From positions 2,977 to 66,976 of the forward strand of contig JAFLCE010000008.1 of NCBI GenBank assembly GCA_017303655.1: a stretch of 64,000 nt of DNA, in the 5' to 3' direction. The translations under genes and the position numbers were made by a program. The notes beneath the pieces were generated by a model. It was given only the letters and a program-made list of their open reading frames with translations, had not been told where the DNA came from and ran no database searches. The stretch comes from Anaerolineae bacterium. Lineage in GTDB: Bacteria > Chloroflexota > Anaerolineae > Anaerolineales > Villigracilaceae. This document shows, piece after piece, positions 1-8,423 of this stretch; positions within the stretch are counted from its first letter, which is position 1; the number at the start of each line of letters is the position of its first letter.

Positions 1-589
1 AGACGAAGATATGCCAAACTTCGTGAAAGCCAAAAACGCCCGGCTTGAAATTAAATATCTTGGTGGCATAGACGATCGCGCCAAGCGTATATATCACTCC
101 GCCAATGATGAGCCAGGTGAAGACCCACACCGGCAGTGTGGCGAGCATTTGTCCGGCGGCCACAACGCTGAACCAACCCATGACGACGTAAATTGCTGCA
201 TTCAACCAGCGCGGCGCGCCAATATAGAAAATCTTGACCAGAATCCCGATCAATGCCAGCGACCAGATTATGCTCAACATACCCCACTTCCAAAAACCTT
301 CAAAGGCGTTGACGCAAAACGGGGTGTAGGTTCCGGCGATTAACACAAAGATGGCGGAGTGATCGATCTTGCGAAAGATCTCCAGGGCTTTATCTTTGAC
401 GCGCACCATGTGATAGGTAGCGCTGGCGGAAAATAAAAAGATCAGACTCACACCATAGATGGCAAGGGAAATGATTTTGGCAGGTGTGCTCCAACCCACA
501 ATGAGCAGAGCGATCAGTCCCACTAAAGCAAGGACGGCACCGCCCCAATGGGTGAGGCTATTTACAGGTTCGCGTAATTTTTTAAACAT
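1..589 (-). CDS. Hemolysin III (PAQR) family membrane protein, runs off the window edge
   Basis: Manual translation from ATG at 589: MFKKLREPVNSLTH...SATYH...RKIDHSAIFVLIAGTYTP...GFHEVWHIFV, the HlyIII/PAQR motifs. Absent from the ORF track because no stop lies in the window. Confidence 0.9.
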   Translation of the reverse strand, partial: MFKKLREPVNSLTHWGGAVLALVGLIALLIVGWSTPAKIISLAIYGVSLIFLFSASATYHMVRVKDKALEIFRKIDHSAIFVLIAGTYTPFCVNAFEGFWKWGMLSIIWSLALIGILVKIFYIGAPRWLNAAIYVVMGWFSVVAAGQMLATLPVWVFTWLIIGGVIYTLGAIVYATKIFNFKPGVFGFHEVWHIFV

Positions 590-669
590 AGTTTTCTCTC
601 CTAACATACGCGCTGATTTTACTTGAAAATTTTCAGAGTCCAAAATCAGTTGCGGATTCGCTCAAGCTG

Positions 670-1167
670 TTATTTTCTGCTCAGGTCGATCACGAAAGGT
701 TTATTTGCTTTTCTAGAGCTTGAAAACGCGGCGCTGATCAGTAATAAAAAGGCGACTACACATAACCCGCATATATGGTTAATGTATTCAAGGAAATATG
801 CCAGTTTTATTTTTGCTACTTGCGGATACCCTGCAAAGTATCGAACTTGATACTCGCTGTATTCTTCGTAGGGTCTGCCACTTAAGAAGGGATCAAAATC
901 TAACAGCATGGGGAAAGTCATTGGGTAAAAGGCAACTTCCTCTCCGGTGCTTGTAGTGAAATCTACTCGGCTCGTCCAACAGGATTTATTGCCACTGCAC
1001 TCTGCTACGTTCGATAACTTACCGGTCGTTTTTTCACCGATCAGGTCGAGTGCGATTGAGCCTGCCATAAAAATGCAAGCGATCAATAATGCCAATATCC
1101 CAAGGGAAAGGGTAGCCCAGTCACGGCGGGATTTTTTAGTTTGGGTGGGTTCTTGTTGGATCTCCAT
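670..1167 (-). CDS. Hypothetical membrane protein (TM - beta domain - TM, DUF3592-like)
   Basis: 165 aa ORF with two hydrophobic helices flanking a segment containing SRVDFTTSTGEEV...YQVRY; operonic with neighbours. Confidence 0.6.
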   Translation of the reverse strand: MEIQQEPTQTKKSRRDWATLSLGILALLIACIFMAGSIALDLIGEKTTGKLSNVAECSGNKSCWTSRVDFTTSTGEEVAFYPMTFPMLLDFDPFLSGRPYEEYSEYQVRYFAGYPQVAKIKLAYFLEYINHICGLCVVAFLLLISAAFSSSRKANKPFVIDLSRK

Positions 1168-1801
1168 ATTGCAGCTCCTGTTTTTTTGCGAGAATAACGA
1201 TAAGGTTTGCGCTGGATTTCATTTCAATAGTCTGAATTTCGGTCTGAAAGCCAGCTTGTTCGAACGGTTTTGCCAGTCTCTCAGCTAGTACTTTATTCAG
1301 CTCTTCGGGGCTTTCTCCGGTAACTTTGTATAACCACTTAAGAAAACGACTTGCAGGATACGCCGCAGGCAGGACGATCAACTTACCATTACTTTTTAGA
1401 ACTCTGCTTACTTCAGCGAGAGTGCGGGCATCAAAGATGTAGTCTGTAGGGAAGGTGGCAACAACAGTGTCGAATGAATGTGTTGCAAAGGGTAGGGTTT
1501 GGGCAATGCCGCGTGCCAGTTTATGTTTCCCTCTGAGGCGGCGTTTTGTAAGACTCCCCATCTGTGTGGATTCATCTATGGCAACAGGGTTCAGCCCACG
1601 GTCCAAAAGGAAGCGCTGTAAGTGACCGGGACCATGACCCAGCTCCAGAATGTCAGTCCCTGTGATGAGCGGATAAATGCTTCGGACCCAGTCATTCCAC
1701 TTCCCAAACGATACGACCCATGCTACCAGATCATACGTGAAAGCAAAGGGATGATAAAGCAGTTGAAAAAAGATCCGCATGAAGCGGCGCATGAGGTTCA
1801 T
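1136..1801 (-). CDS. Class I SAM-dependent methyltransferase
   Basis: Motif I ILELGHGPG, plus LPFATHSFDTVV and RVLKSNGKLIV; start uncertain (1801, 1792 or 1780). Confidence 0.85.
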   Translation of the reverse strand: MNLMRRFMRIFFQLLYHPFAFTYDLVAWVVSFGKWNDWVRSIYPLITGTDILELGHGPGHLQRFLLDRGLNPVAIDESTQMGSLTKRRLRGKHKLARGIAQTLPFATHSFDTVVATFPTDYIFDARTLAEVSRVLKSNGKLIVLPAAYPASRFLKWLYKVTGESPEELNKVLAERLAKPFEQAGFQTEIQTIEMKSSANLIVILAKKQELQYGDPTRTHPN

Positions 1802-1851
1802 AAATAAAAGGAGGGTTTGACTTTTGGTCAAACCCTCGTGGGTGTTAAGAC

Positions 1852-2196
1852 TTATGCAGGGGTTTCGCCGCTGTCTTTCTTTGGCTTACGAACGGCTTCG
1901 AGGGCTCCCTTGCTGCGTTCTTTTACATCGCTGGCAAGTTGCTCAGCGCGAGTGCGGGCTTCGTGAGCCAACTCTTCAGCACGGGCACGGGCTTCTTTTG
2001 CAGCAGATTCAGCGCGGGCATAGGCTTCTTCCGCAGTGATCTGCGCCTTGTCGCGCAGTTCAATGGACTTGTCCTTGATCAACGCGCGGGTCTCTTCACC
2101 AGATTGCGGGGCAAAGAGCAATGCGGCAACCGCACCGGTCAAGCCGCCGACAATAAACCCAACGAGGAAGGCTCCAAATTCATCACGATCAGACAT
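1852..2196 (-). CDS. YtxH domain protein
   Basis: FLVGFIVGGLTGAVAALLFAPQSGEETR signature followed by a coiled coil; GGAG RBS. Confidence 0.9.
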   Translation of the reverse strand: MSDRDEFGAFLVGFIVGGLTGAVAALLFAPQSGEETRALIKDKSIELRDKAQITAEEAYARAESAAKEARARAEELAHEARTRAEQLASDVKERSKGALEAVRKPKKDSGETPA

Positions 2197-2286
2197 GGTA
2201 TTTCTCCTTTTTATTTAGATGATGTTTTGTTTTTGGCTTAGTGCCATAATTCTAACATAGGCATAGGCGGCTAAACTTCATTTATT

Positions 2287-2754
2287 CTATTTTGGTTTAA
2301 TACCCAACATTTCCATCATACGTTTCAATCCGGCTAGGTAGCCGTTGAGCTTGATGACGGGTTCCACCACATTCTCACCCAAAAATTCTGCCGTGCCACG
2401 CAGGGTATTGACGGTCTCACTAGTCGCCTGCAGAATCGGGCGCACTTCATTTTGCAACAGATTGATCAGGCTCGCCAGTTGAATGACCAGCACGATCAGC
2501 GCCACACCAATTACCAGTGTTTCAAGCGCCACGACAATGATGAACACATCGCGGATCTTGTCGGTAGGGGTAGCAGGCTGCAGCAGGAAGTAGATCGCCA
2601 CGCCCAACAGAGCAACCAGTAGCACGACAATGGCAATGATGCCAGCCATCATCTGTTTTTGCTGGCGTTCTTTTTCGCGCAGCTCAGCCAATTGTTCAGG
2701 CGTTAACGGCGGGGGAGTGTGTGGAGCGGATTCGGTGGGGTTGGGTAGTGCCAT
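2287..2754 (-). CDS. Hypothetical membrane protein (DUF948/YoxC-like), probably leaderless
   Basis: Two TM helices plus an amphipathic C-terminus, next to YtxH; minus-strand TATAAT at 2761-2766, 6 nt before the ATG. Confidence 0.65.
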   Translation of the reverse strand: MALPNPTESAPHTPPPLTPEQLAELREKERQQKQMMAGIIAIVVLLVALLGVAIYFLLQPATPTDKIRDVFIIVVALETLVIGVALIVLVIQLASLINLLQNEVRPILQATSETVNTLRGTAEFLGENVVEPVIKLNGYLAGLKRMMEMLGIKPK

Positions 2755-2859
2755 GAATTAATTATAGCAGATAAGCGGGTCAGAAAAAAGCCAGATGAGG
2801 AAATAGCGCTTCTTTCTTAAGTACGCCTGATTCTGCCTATTTGGCTTTTTCTCACGCTG

Positions 2860-3828
2860 TTACTTGCCCTGTAATTTCATCTCGTGTTTGACGGTTTCGA
2901 CCCAGCCCACACTCACCGGGCGCGGATCGTAGCCTAGTTCCCGTTTGGCTTTGCTGTTATCGCCGATATACGTCACACCAGCAATGACGCGCAACCCTTC
3001 AGATGTATAGGATTCGGGCATAAGTGCATCGAAAGGCTTGACCAATACCGACATGGTTTTCATCATGCCGGGTGCCGCCGCCATTGGTGCACGGACTCCC
3101 GCCGTCTGTGCGGCGAGTTTGAAGGCTTCGAATAGTTCGTATTTTTCGCCGCAAATGACGTAACTTTCGCCAACCTTGCCTTTTTCCATCGCTAATATAT
3201 GCCCGTGGACAATATCATCCACGTGCGCCCAACTCATCGCTGTTTGGCGGGGCAGCATGGGCAATTGACCTTTCAACAGGCTGAGCAGTGAGGCGCGGAC
3301 AGATGATGTATCGTCGGGTCCATAAATCAGTCCCGGTTGGACGATGACGAGTGGCAATCCCTTCGCGATAAATTCATCCGCGAGTTTATGGGCTTCCGCT
3401 TTGGTACGGTCATATTCACTGAGGTGTTCGCCAGTGAAGTGATAGGTTTCATCTGCCAAAACACCTTTTGTGTCCGAGTTAATCGCCAGTGTACTGGTGT
3501 ATACGCCTTTGGGGATCTTCAATTCCTGCATCAGCTCCAGTACATTGCGTGTGCCGTTGATATTGACCTGTACGCCGCCGCTCTTGTCTTTAGTTCCGAC
3601 CTTGTACCAGCCTGCCACGTGATACACGCCATCCACGCCGGTCATTGCCTCGCGCATGGATTCTTTGTCGGTCACATCGCCCTTGAATAATTTCACGCCG
3701 AGGGCTTGTAAATCCTTTGCCTTCTCGGGCGAGCGTACAGAAGCATTTACTTCATGTCCCGCCTCTCGAAGTTTTTTTGCCAACACGCCGCCGACGAAAC
3801 CTGTTGCGCCCGTCACGAAATATTTCAT
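2860..3828 (-). CDS. NAD-dependent epimerase/dehydratase family protein
   Basis: TGATGFVG Rossmann motif, YxxxK (YDRTK), HVDD. Confidence 0.9.
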   Translation of the reverse strand: MKYFVTGATGFVGGVLAKKLREAGHEVNASVRSPEKAKDLQALGVKLFKGDVTDKESMREAMTGVDGVYHVAGWYKVGTKDKSGGVQVNINGTRNVLELMQELKIPKGVYTSTLAINSDTKGVLADETYHFTGEHLSEYDRTKAEAHKLADEFIAKGLPLVIVQPGLIYGPDDTSSVRASLLSLLKGQLPMLPRQTAMSWAHVDDIVHGHILAMEKGKVGESYVICGEKYELFEAFKLAAQTAGVRAPMAAAPGMMKTMSVLVKPFDALMPESYTSEGLRVIAGVTYIGDNSKAKRELGYDPRPVSVGWVETVKHEMKLQGK

Positions 3829-3902
3829 AGAAGTTCTCCTACTAAAAAGATAAAAAGAGTTTACCAGCCAACCAAAGGAGAGTCTATTAGAAATGAATAA
3901 AC

Positions 3903-3932
3903 AAAACAGCCCATGAATAGTTCATGGGCTGT
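3903..3932 (-). terminator. Intrinsic terminator of the LysM gene
   Basis: ACAGCCCATGAA-tag-TTCATGGGCTGT stem with a minus-strand T-tract. Confidence 0.75.
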
Positions 3933-3950
3933 CAGGTATTGCTTTTACGC

Positions 3951-4697
3951 TTATCGAATACGTATGGATTGACCGACATAGATCTTGTTGATATCTGCAA
4001 TGTTAGGGTTAAGCGCCTTGAGCGCATCGAGAGTCAGGTTGAATTTATTGGCGATCTTCTTCATCGTGTCGCCTGACTGAACAATATAGTAGGAAGCACT
4101 TGCCGGGAGGTTGATGACCTGCCCAGCGAAGATCAAGCTGGCGTTGGTGATCTGCGGGTTGACAGCCAGAATGTCATTGACTGTGACGCCGATTCGGTCT
4201 GAAATTTTGCGCAGGGTATCTCCTTTTTGCACCACATAGGTTCCACCGGTAGGGGGCACGGTCACAATGGGCGTGGGAACAACAATCATGCTGGTTGGGA
4301 CGATGATGCGCTGACCTTCATAGATCAAATTGTAGTTGGTGATTCCGCTCAGCATGGCAATGGCATCCATGGTGGTGTTGAAGCGGGCAGCCAGCGCCTT
4401 CAAGGTATCGCCGCGCATTACCACATAAGTGGCGGTGTCATTGCCATTGTCCCAATACGCGCCGGGCAAGACCAGGACTTGACCCGTGTAAATGTATTGT
4501 CCCAGATCAGGATTGGCGAATTTGATAGCCGCTACAGTGGTTCCGCAGGTTTGCGCGATCTGACTTAACGTATTGCCAGGGCTGACGATGTAACTCGTTC
4601 CGCAGGTGTAAGACGCCTGGGCTTCTCCTGCAAACCCGAGTGAGCTGACGGCAAATGCAGCAAGTAAAAATAATTGGATAAATCGTTTGGTACTCAT
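3951..4697 (-). CDS. Secreted LysM peptidoglycan-binding protein (4 LysM repeats)
   Basis: Signal peptide ending AQA; four YxVxxG[DN]T[LM] repeats each ending IYxGQ-like; GAGG RBS before ATG 4697. Confidence 0.92.
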   Translation of the reverse strand: MSTKRFIQLFLLAAFAVSSLGFAGEAQASYTCGTSYIVSPGNTLSQIAQTCGTTVAAIKFANPDLGQYIYTGQVLVLPGAYWDNGNDTATYVVMRGDTLKALAARFNTTMDAIAMLSGITNYNLIYEGQRIIVPTSMIVVPTPIVTVPPTGGTYVVQKGDTLRKISDRIGVTVNDILAVNPQITNASLIFAGQVINLPASASYYIVQSGDTMKKIANKFNLTLDALKALNPNIADINKIYVGQSIRIR

Positions 4698-4738
4698 TTG
4701 AACCTCTTTCACTAAAGTTAAATATTCGATATGGGAAT

Positions 4739-4764
4739 AACGATTTTCACCACAAAAAGTTCCC
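4739..4764 (-). promoter_or_regulatory. Putative ECF-sigma promoter for the LysM gene
   Basis: Minus strand GGAAC-N16-CGTT. Confidence 0.45.
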
Positions 4765-4777
4765 GCTAATAAAGGTC

Positions 4778-4806
4778 TTGACTCTCCTTCTTGCCAAGGG
4801 TAAACT
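4778..4806 (+). promoter_or_regulatory. Sigma70-type promoter of the tetR-fad operon
   Basis: TTGACT(4778-4783)-17 bp-TAAACT(4801-4806). Confidence 0.7.
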
Positions 4807-4813
4807 ATGCCTA

Positions 4814-4829
4814 CCTACCGTTCGGTAGG
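4814..4829. promoter_or_regulatory. Putative TetR operator
   Basis: Inverted repeat CCTACCG-TT-CGGTAGG at the predicted transcription start, just before the tetR RBS. Confidence 0.65.
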
Positions 4830-4840
4830 GAAGGAGTCGC

Positions 4841-5401
4841 ATGACCAGAGATGATGTTCTTGATGCAGCAGCACAGGTCTTTCGCCAGAAAGGCTTTCAT
4901 GGCGCGTCCATGTCTGATATTGCTGCGGCTGTGAATGTGCAAAAAGCCAGCTTATATCACCATGTTTCATCCAAGCAGGAGATTTTGCTTGCTCTGCTCG
5001 ACCGTGCGCTTGCGATGCTCACTGAGCACATCTCTGCCATCTCCACCCAAAATATTTCCCCCGACCAAAAACTTAGATTAATGATCCGCGGCTACCTCAC
5101 TGGTCTCGCCGACAATGTTGACCTTACCTCGGTCTTATTGTTCGAGCATCGTTCGCTGGATAAAAAGAGCCACGCCCGTCATGTTCCACTGCGCGATAAA
5201 TTCGAAGGCCTTTGGCGTGATGTGCTCGAAGAAGGTGTGGCAAAGAAAACTTTTGCACTAACGGATACCGGCTTAGCCACCCGCGCCATTATGGGCACGT
5301 TGAACTGGACTCTCACCTGGTATCAGCCCAATGGACCCAAGTCCATTGAACAGATCGCCGATGAGTATTCCGATTTTATTTTGAAGGGTATGTTGAGGTA
5401 G
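4841..5401 (+). CDS. TetR/AcrR family regulator (KstR2/FadR-like)
   Basis: N-terminal HTH AAAQVFRQKGFHGASMSDIA...KASLYHHVSSKQEIL; C-terminal NWTLTWYQPNG. Confidence 0.92.
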   Translation: MTRDDVLDAAAQVFRQKGFHGASMSDIAAAVNVQKASLYHHVSSKQEILLALLDRALAMLTEHISAISTQNISPDQKLRLMIRGYLTGLADNVDLTSVLLFEHRSLDKKSHARHVPLRDKFEGLWRDVLEEGVAKKTFALTDTGLATRAIMGTLNWTLTWYQPNGPKSIEQIADEYSDFILKGMLR

Positions 5402-5437
5402 TTGAATCGTTTCATAGTTAGATAGTTTGGTAGTTAC
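5398..5437. repeat. Five degenerate tandem 8-mers (consensus RTAGTTnn)
   Basis: gtagttga atcgtttc atagttag atagtttg gtagttac, starting at the tetR stop codon. Confidence 0.6.
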
Positions 5438-5463
5438 TTGAAGACCAAAAGGAGTGCAAAGAG

Positions 5464-6552
5464 ATGTATTCGTTCGAACCTAATGAAGAACAACAGATGT
5501 TGATCGATGCGGTGGGGAAGTATGCAGCCAATGACCTGCGTCCTGCCGCGCATGATGCCGAAGAAAGCCGCGAGCTGCCGAAGAAACTCGTCAGCAAAGG
5601 TTGGGAGCTTGGCTTTTTGCAAGCCTCCACGCCGGAGGTGTATGGTGGTTTCGGTGAACGCAGTGCCGTCACTGGCGTGCTGGCGCTTGAAGAGATGGCG
5701 TTTGGCGATCTTGCTGGTGCGCTGGCTGTGCTGACCCCGTCGCTTTTTGCCACGCCGATTTTGCTCGGCGGCAGCGAAGAACAGAAGCAGGAATATCTCC
5801 CCAAGATCGTCGGCGGAGATTGGGCTCCCTACACTGCCGCGCTCATGGAAATGAGTTTCGACTTCGACCCCAATGCGCTCAAGACTATCGCAAAAGCCGA
5901 AGGCGATAAATATGTCCTCAATGGCGAGAAAATTTTCGTTCCGTTCGCGAAAGACGCCGAAGCGCTCATCGTGTACGCGAATCTCAATGGGGTCACTCAA
6001 GGCTTCATCGTCAAGAAAGAGGCGCTGGGTTTATCCATCTCTGCTGAACGCGAAAAACTGATGGGACTTAACGCCTTGCCCATGTACAGAGTCAAACTCG
6101 AGAATGTGACCGCCAGCCGACTCGGCGGCGTATCCGGTCATGACTTTGAACTGATCCTGTCTGCGATGAGAGTTGCCTCCGCTGCAGCTGCTTTGGGTGT
6201 TGCCAAGTCCTCTTTTGAGTATGCCAAGAATTACGCCAAAGAACGCGATGCCTTCGGTGTGAAGATCGCCCAGAAGCAAGCCATTGCATTCTTCCTTGCT
6301 GAGATGGTGACCGAAATGGAAGCCATGCGTTTGCTCACTTGGGAAGCCGCCTGGAAGCTCGATAACAACAAGGAAGATTCTTGTGTTGCTGCATACCTTG
6401 CGCAGACTGGCGCTGCTGACATGGCAATGATGGTTACTGATCGTGGCGTGCAAATTTACGGCGGTCATGGCTACATCCGCGAGAACCCGGTTGAATTGCT
6501 CATGCGCAACGGGCGCGGATTTGCGTCGCTGTTGGGATTGGTGATCTTATAG
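5464..6552 (+). CDS. Acyl-CoA dehydrogenase family protein (probably the non-catalytic subunit)
   Basis: LNGEKIFV, ERDAFGVKIAQKQAI, GVQIYGGHGY; lacks the C-terminal IYEGT catalytic motif. Confidence 0.9.
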   Translation: MYSFEPNEEQQMLIDAVGKYAANDLRPAAHDAEESRELPKKLVSKGWELGFLQASTPEVYGGFGERSAVTGVLALEEMAFGDLAGALAVLTPSLFATPILLGGSEEQKQEYLPKIVGGDWAPYTAALMEMSFDFDPNALKTIAKAEGDKYVLNGEKIFVPFAKDAEALIVYANLNGVTQGFIVKKEALGLSISAEREKLMGLNALPMYRVKLENVTASRLGGVSGHDFELILSAMRVASAAAALGVAKSSFEYAKNYAKERDAFGVKIAQKQAIAFFLAEMVTEMEAMRLLTWEAAWKLDNNKEDSCVAAYLAQTGAADMAMMVTDRGVQIYGGHGYIRENPVELLMRNGRGFASLLGLVIL

Positions 6553-6553
6553 T

Positions 6554-6603
6554 TTACGCATTACGAATCACGGATCACGTAGTCCGTAATGCGTAATCCG
6601 TAA
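6554..6603. repeat. Inverted 7-mer repeat arms (4x TYACGnA / 3x TnCGTAA), empty hairpin
   Basis: ttacgca ttacgaa tcacgga tcacgta g tccgtaa tgcgtaa tccgtaa. Confidence 0.85.
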
Positions 6604-6615
6604 GGAGAACAAAAC

Positions 6616-7875
6616 ATGACCATTGATTTCGAAACCCCAAAACCGATCGCTCAGATGCAAGCCATGCTGAAGACGGTTGCTGAAAATATGATGCGCACCA
6701 CCTCGCGCGAAATGGACGAGAACGAACACGCCATTCCGTGGGATTATGTTGAATTCATGCACACTGCCATGCGCTCGATGGGCGGCGGTGGCGGCTTGAC
6801 CGTCACCGAACCCAAGCCCAAAGAAGGCGAAGAGAAACGCCCACCACTCGGATATCAGAAACTTGCCGCGCAGATCGAAATGCTGGCATGGGGTGATGTC
6901 GGTTATTACCTCATCACTCCCGGCGGCGGACTTGGTGCAGCAGCTGTCCAAGCGGCCGGCACCCCTGAGCAGAAAGCCAAATTCCTCGAACGCTTCAACA
7001 GCGACAAACCCACCTACGCTGCCATGTGCATGACCGAACCCGGAGCAGGTTCCGATACCTCTGCCATCCGTTCGCGTGCTGTGTTGGATGAAAAGACCAA
7101 TGAATGGGTCATCAACGGCGAGAAAATTTTCGTCACCGGCGGCGATAAGTCTTTCACCGAATACGAAAAACTTGGTAAAGGTTTCATCGTTGTGTGGGCG
7201 AGCATTGATCCTTCTGCCGGACGCGCAGGCATGCGTGCTTTCGTGGTTGAGTCCGGAACCAAGGGAGTCACCATCAGCAAGCTAGAGCACAAACTTGGCA
7301 TTCGCGCGAGTGACACGGCTGCCATCTCCCTCGTCGATGTGCGCGTACCGTTCGAGAATGTGCTCGGCAAGCCAACTGTTGAGAAGAACAACACCGGCTT
7401 CAAAGGTGCAATGGCAACTTTCGATGCAACCCGACCCCTTGTGGCTGCATCAGGCTTGGGTGTGGCTAGAGCCGCGCTTGAATTCCTCAAGGAAAAACTC
7501 GCCGAGAACGGTGTCCAAATTCGTTATGGTTTGCCGCGCAATAAATTGACCTCCATCGAACGCGATGTGATCGATATGGATATCCAACTGCGCTCGGCTT
7601 GGTTGATGACCTTGAAAGCAGTTTGGATGGCTGATAATAAGAAATCCAACGCGCTCGAGTCTTCAATGAGCAAAGTCCGTGCCGGTGATGTGACCACCAA
7701 GGTCACACAGAAAGCTGTGGAGATTTTAGGACCCATCGGTTACAGCCGCGAGTTCCTGCTCGAAAAATGGTTCCGCGATGCGAAGATCACCGATATCTAC
7801 GAAGGCACGGGTCAGATTAATCGTCTCGTGGTGGCGCGTCAGATTTTGGGCTATACGGGAGCCGAATTGCGGTAA
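6616..7875 (+). CDS. Acyl-CoA dehydrogenase (catalytic subunit, FadE23-like)
   Basis: MTEPGAGSD, INGEKIFVT, KLGIRASDTA, RDAKITDIYEGTGQI with the catalytic Glu. Confidence 0.93.
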   Translation: MTIDFETPKPIAQMQAMLKTVAENMMRTTSREMDENEHAIPWDYVEFMHTAMRSMGGGGGLTVTEPKPKEGEEKRPPLGYQKLAAQIEMLAWGDVGYYLITPGGGLGAAAVQAAGTPEQKAKFLERFNSDKPTYAAMCMTEPGAGSDTSAIRSRAVLDEKTNEWVINGEKIFVTGGDKSFTEYEKLGKGFIVVWASIDPSAGRAGMRAFVVESGTKGVTISKLEHKLGIRASDTAAISLVDVRVPFENVLGKPTVEKNNTGFKGAMATFDATRPLVAASGLGVARAALEFLKEKLAENGVQIRYGLPRNKLTSIERDVIDMDIQLRSAWLMTLKAVWMADNKKSNALESSMSKVRAGDVTTKVTQKAVEILGPIGYSREFLLEKWFRDAKITDIYEGTGQINRLVVARQILGYTGAELR

Positions 7876-7898
7876 ATCGTAATTGGTAAATGGTAATT
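7871..7898. repeat. Left arm: four tandem 7-mers (GGTAAWT)
   Basis: ggtaaat cgtaatt ggtaaat ggtaatt. Confidence 0.85.
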
Positions 7899-7908
7899 GG
7901 AGAGTGCC

Positions 7909-8382
7909 ATGGTGACATTTGAAGATTTGCAGGTGTTGAAGGCGGCTGAGACAATTGCAGATTCCATCTGGAAAAAGGTTGTTGGATGGGACGAATTTGC
8001 AAAAGATGTCCTTGGTAAACAGATTACACGTTCTGCAGATTCGATTGGTGCCAATATTGCTGAATCGGTTGGCAGGTATAACTTTGGAGAAAAACTTCAA
8101 TTCTTGTATTACTCTCGCGGAAGTTTGTTTGAAACAAAATATTGGTTGAACCGAGTGAAAGAACGCGGGTTGATGGAACCAAATGAAATTCGAGAGTATG
8201 TTGAAGGATTAACTTCATTGGCGCGTCAACTAAATTCTTTTGCAAGTGGATTGAAAACCGTTCGTTCTGAACAGAAGAAATCCGCAGTCCGAGAATCAGC
8301 CGCAGAGTATCATGCCGACACAACTGGTGATAATTCTATAATTCTATTTTCCGAAAAAGATCTTACTTTTCTCGAAAGTTAA
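7909..8382 (+). CDS. Four-helix-bundle protein (TIGR02436 / 23S rRNA IVS protein-like family)
   Basis: FEDLQV, QITRSADSIGANIAESVGR, FLYYSRGSLFETKYWL; GGAGAG RBS before ATG 7909; visibly AT-richer than its neighbours. Confidence 0.9.
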   Translation: MVTFEDLQVLKAAETIADSIWKKVVGWDEFAKDVLGKQITRSADSIGANIAESVGRYNFGEKLQFLYYSRGSLFETKYWLNRVKERGLMEPNEIREYVEGLTSLARQLNSFASGLKTVRSEQKKSAVRESAAEYHADTTGDNSIILFSEKDLTFLES

Positions 8383-8408
8383 TTACCAATTACTATTTAC
8401 CACTTACC
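8381..8408. repeat. Right arm: four tandem 7-mers (AWTTACC), reverse complement of the left arm
   Basis: aattacc aattact atttacc acttacc. Confidence 0.85.
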
Positions 8409-8423
8409 AAAAAAGGAGATGCC

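Noticed and set aside
7909-8382. Four-helix-bundle gene as a 23S rRNA intervening sequence or DGR avd
   Set aside because: Flanks are protein-coding; there is no rRNA, reverse transcriptase or TR/VR repeat pair in the window
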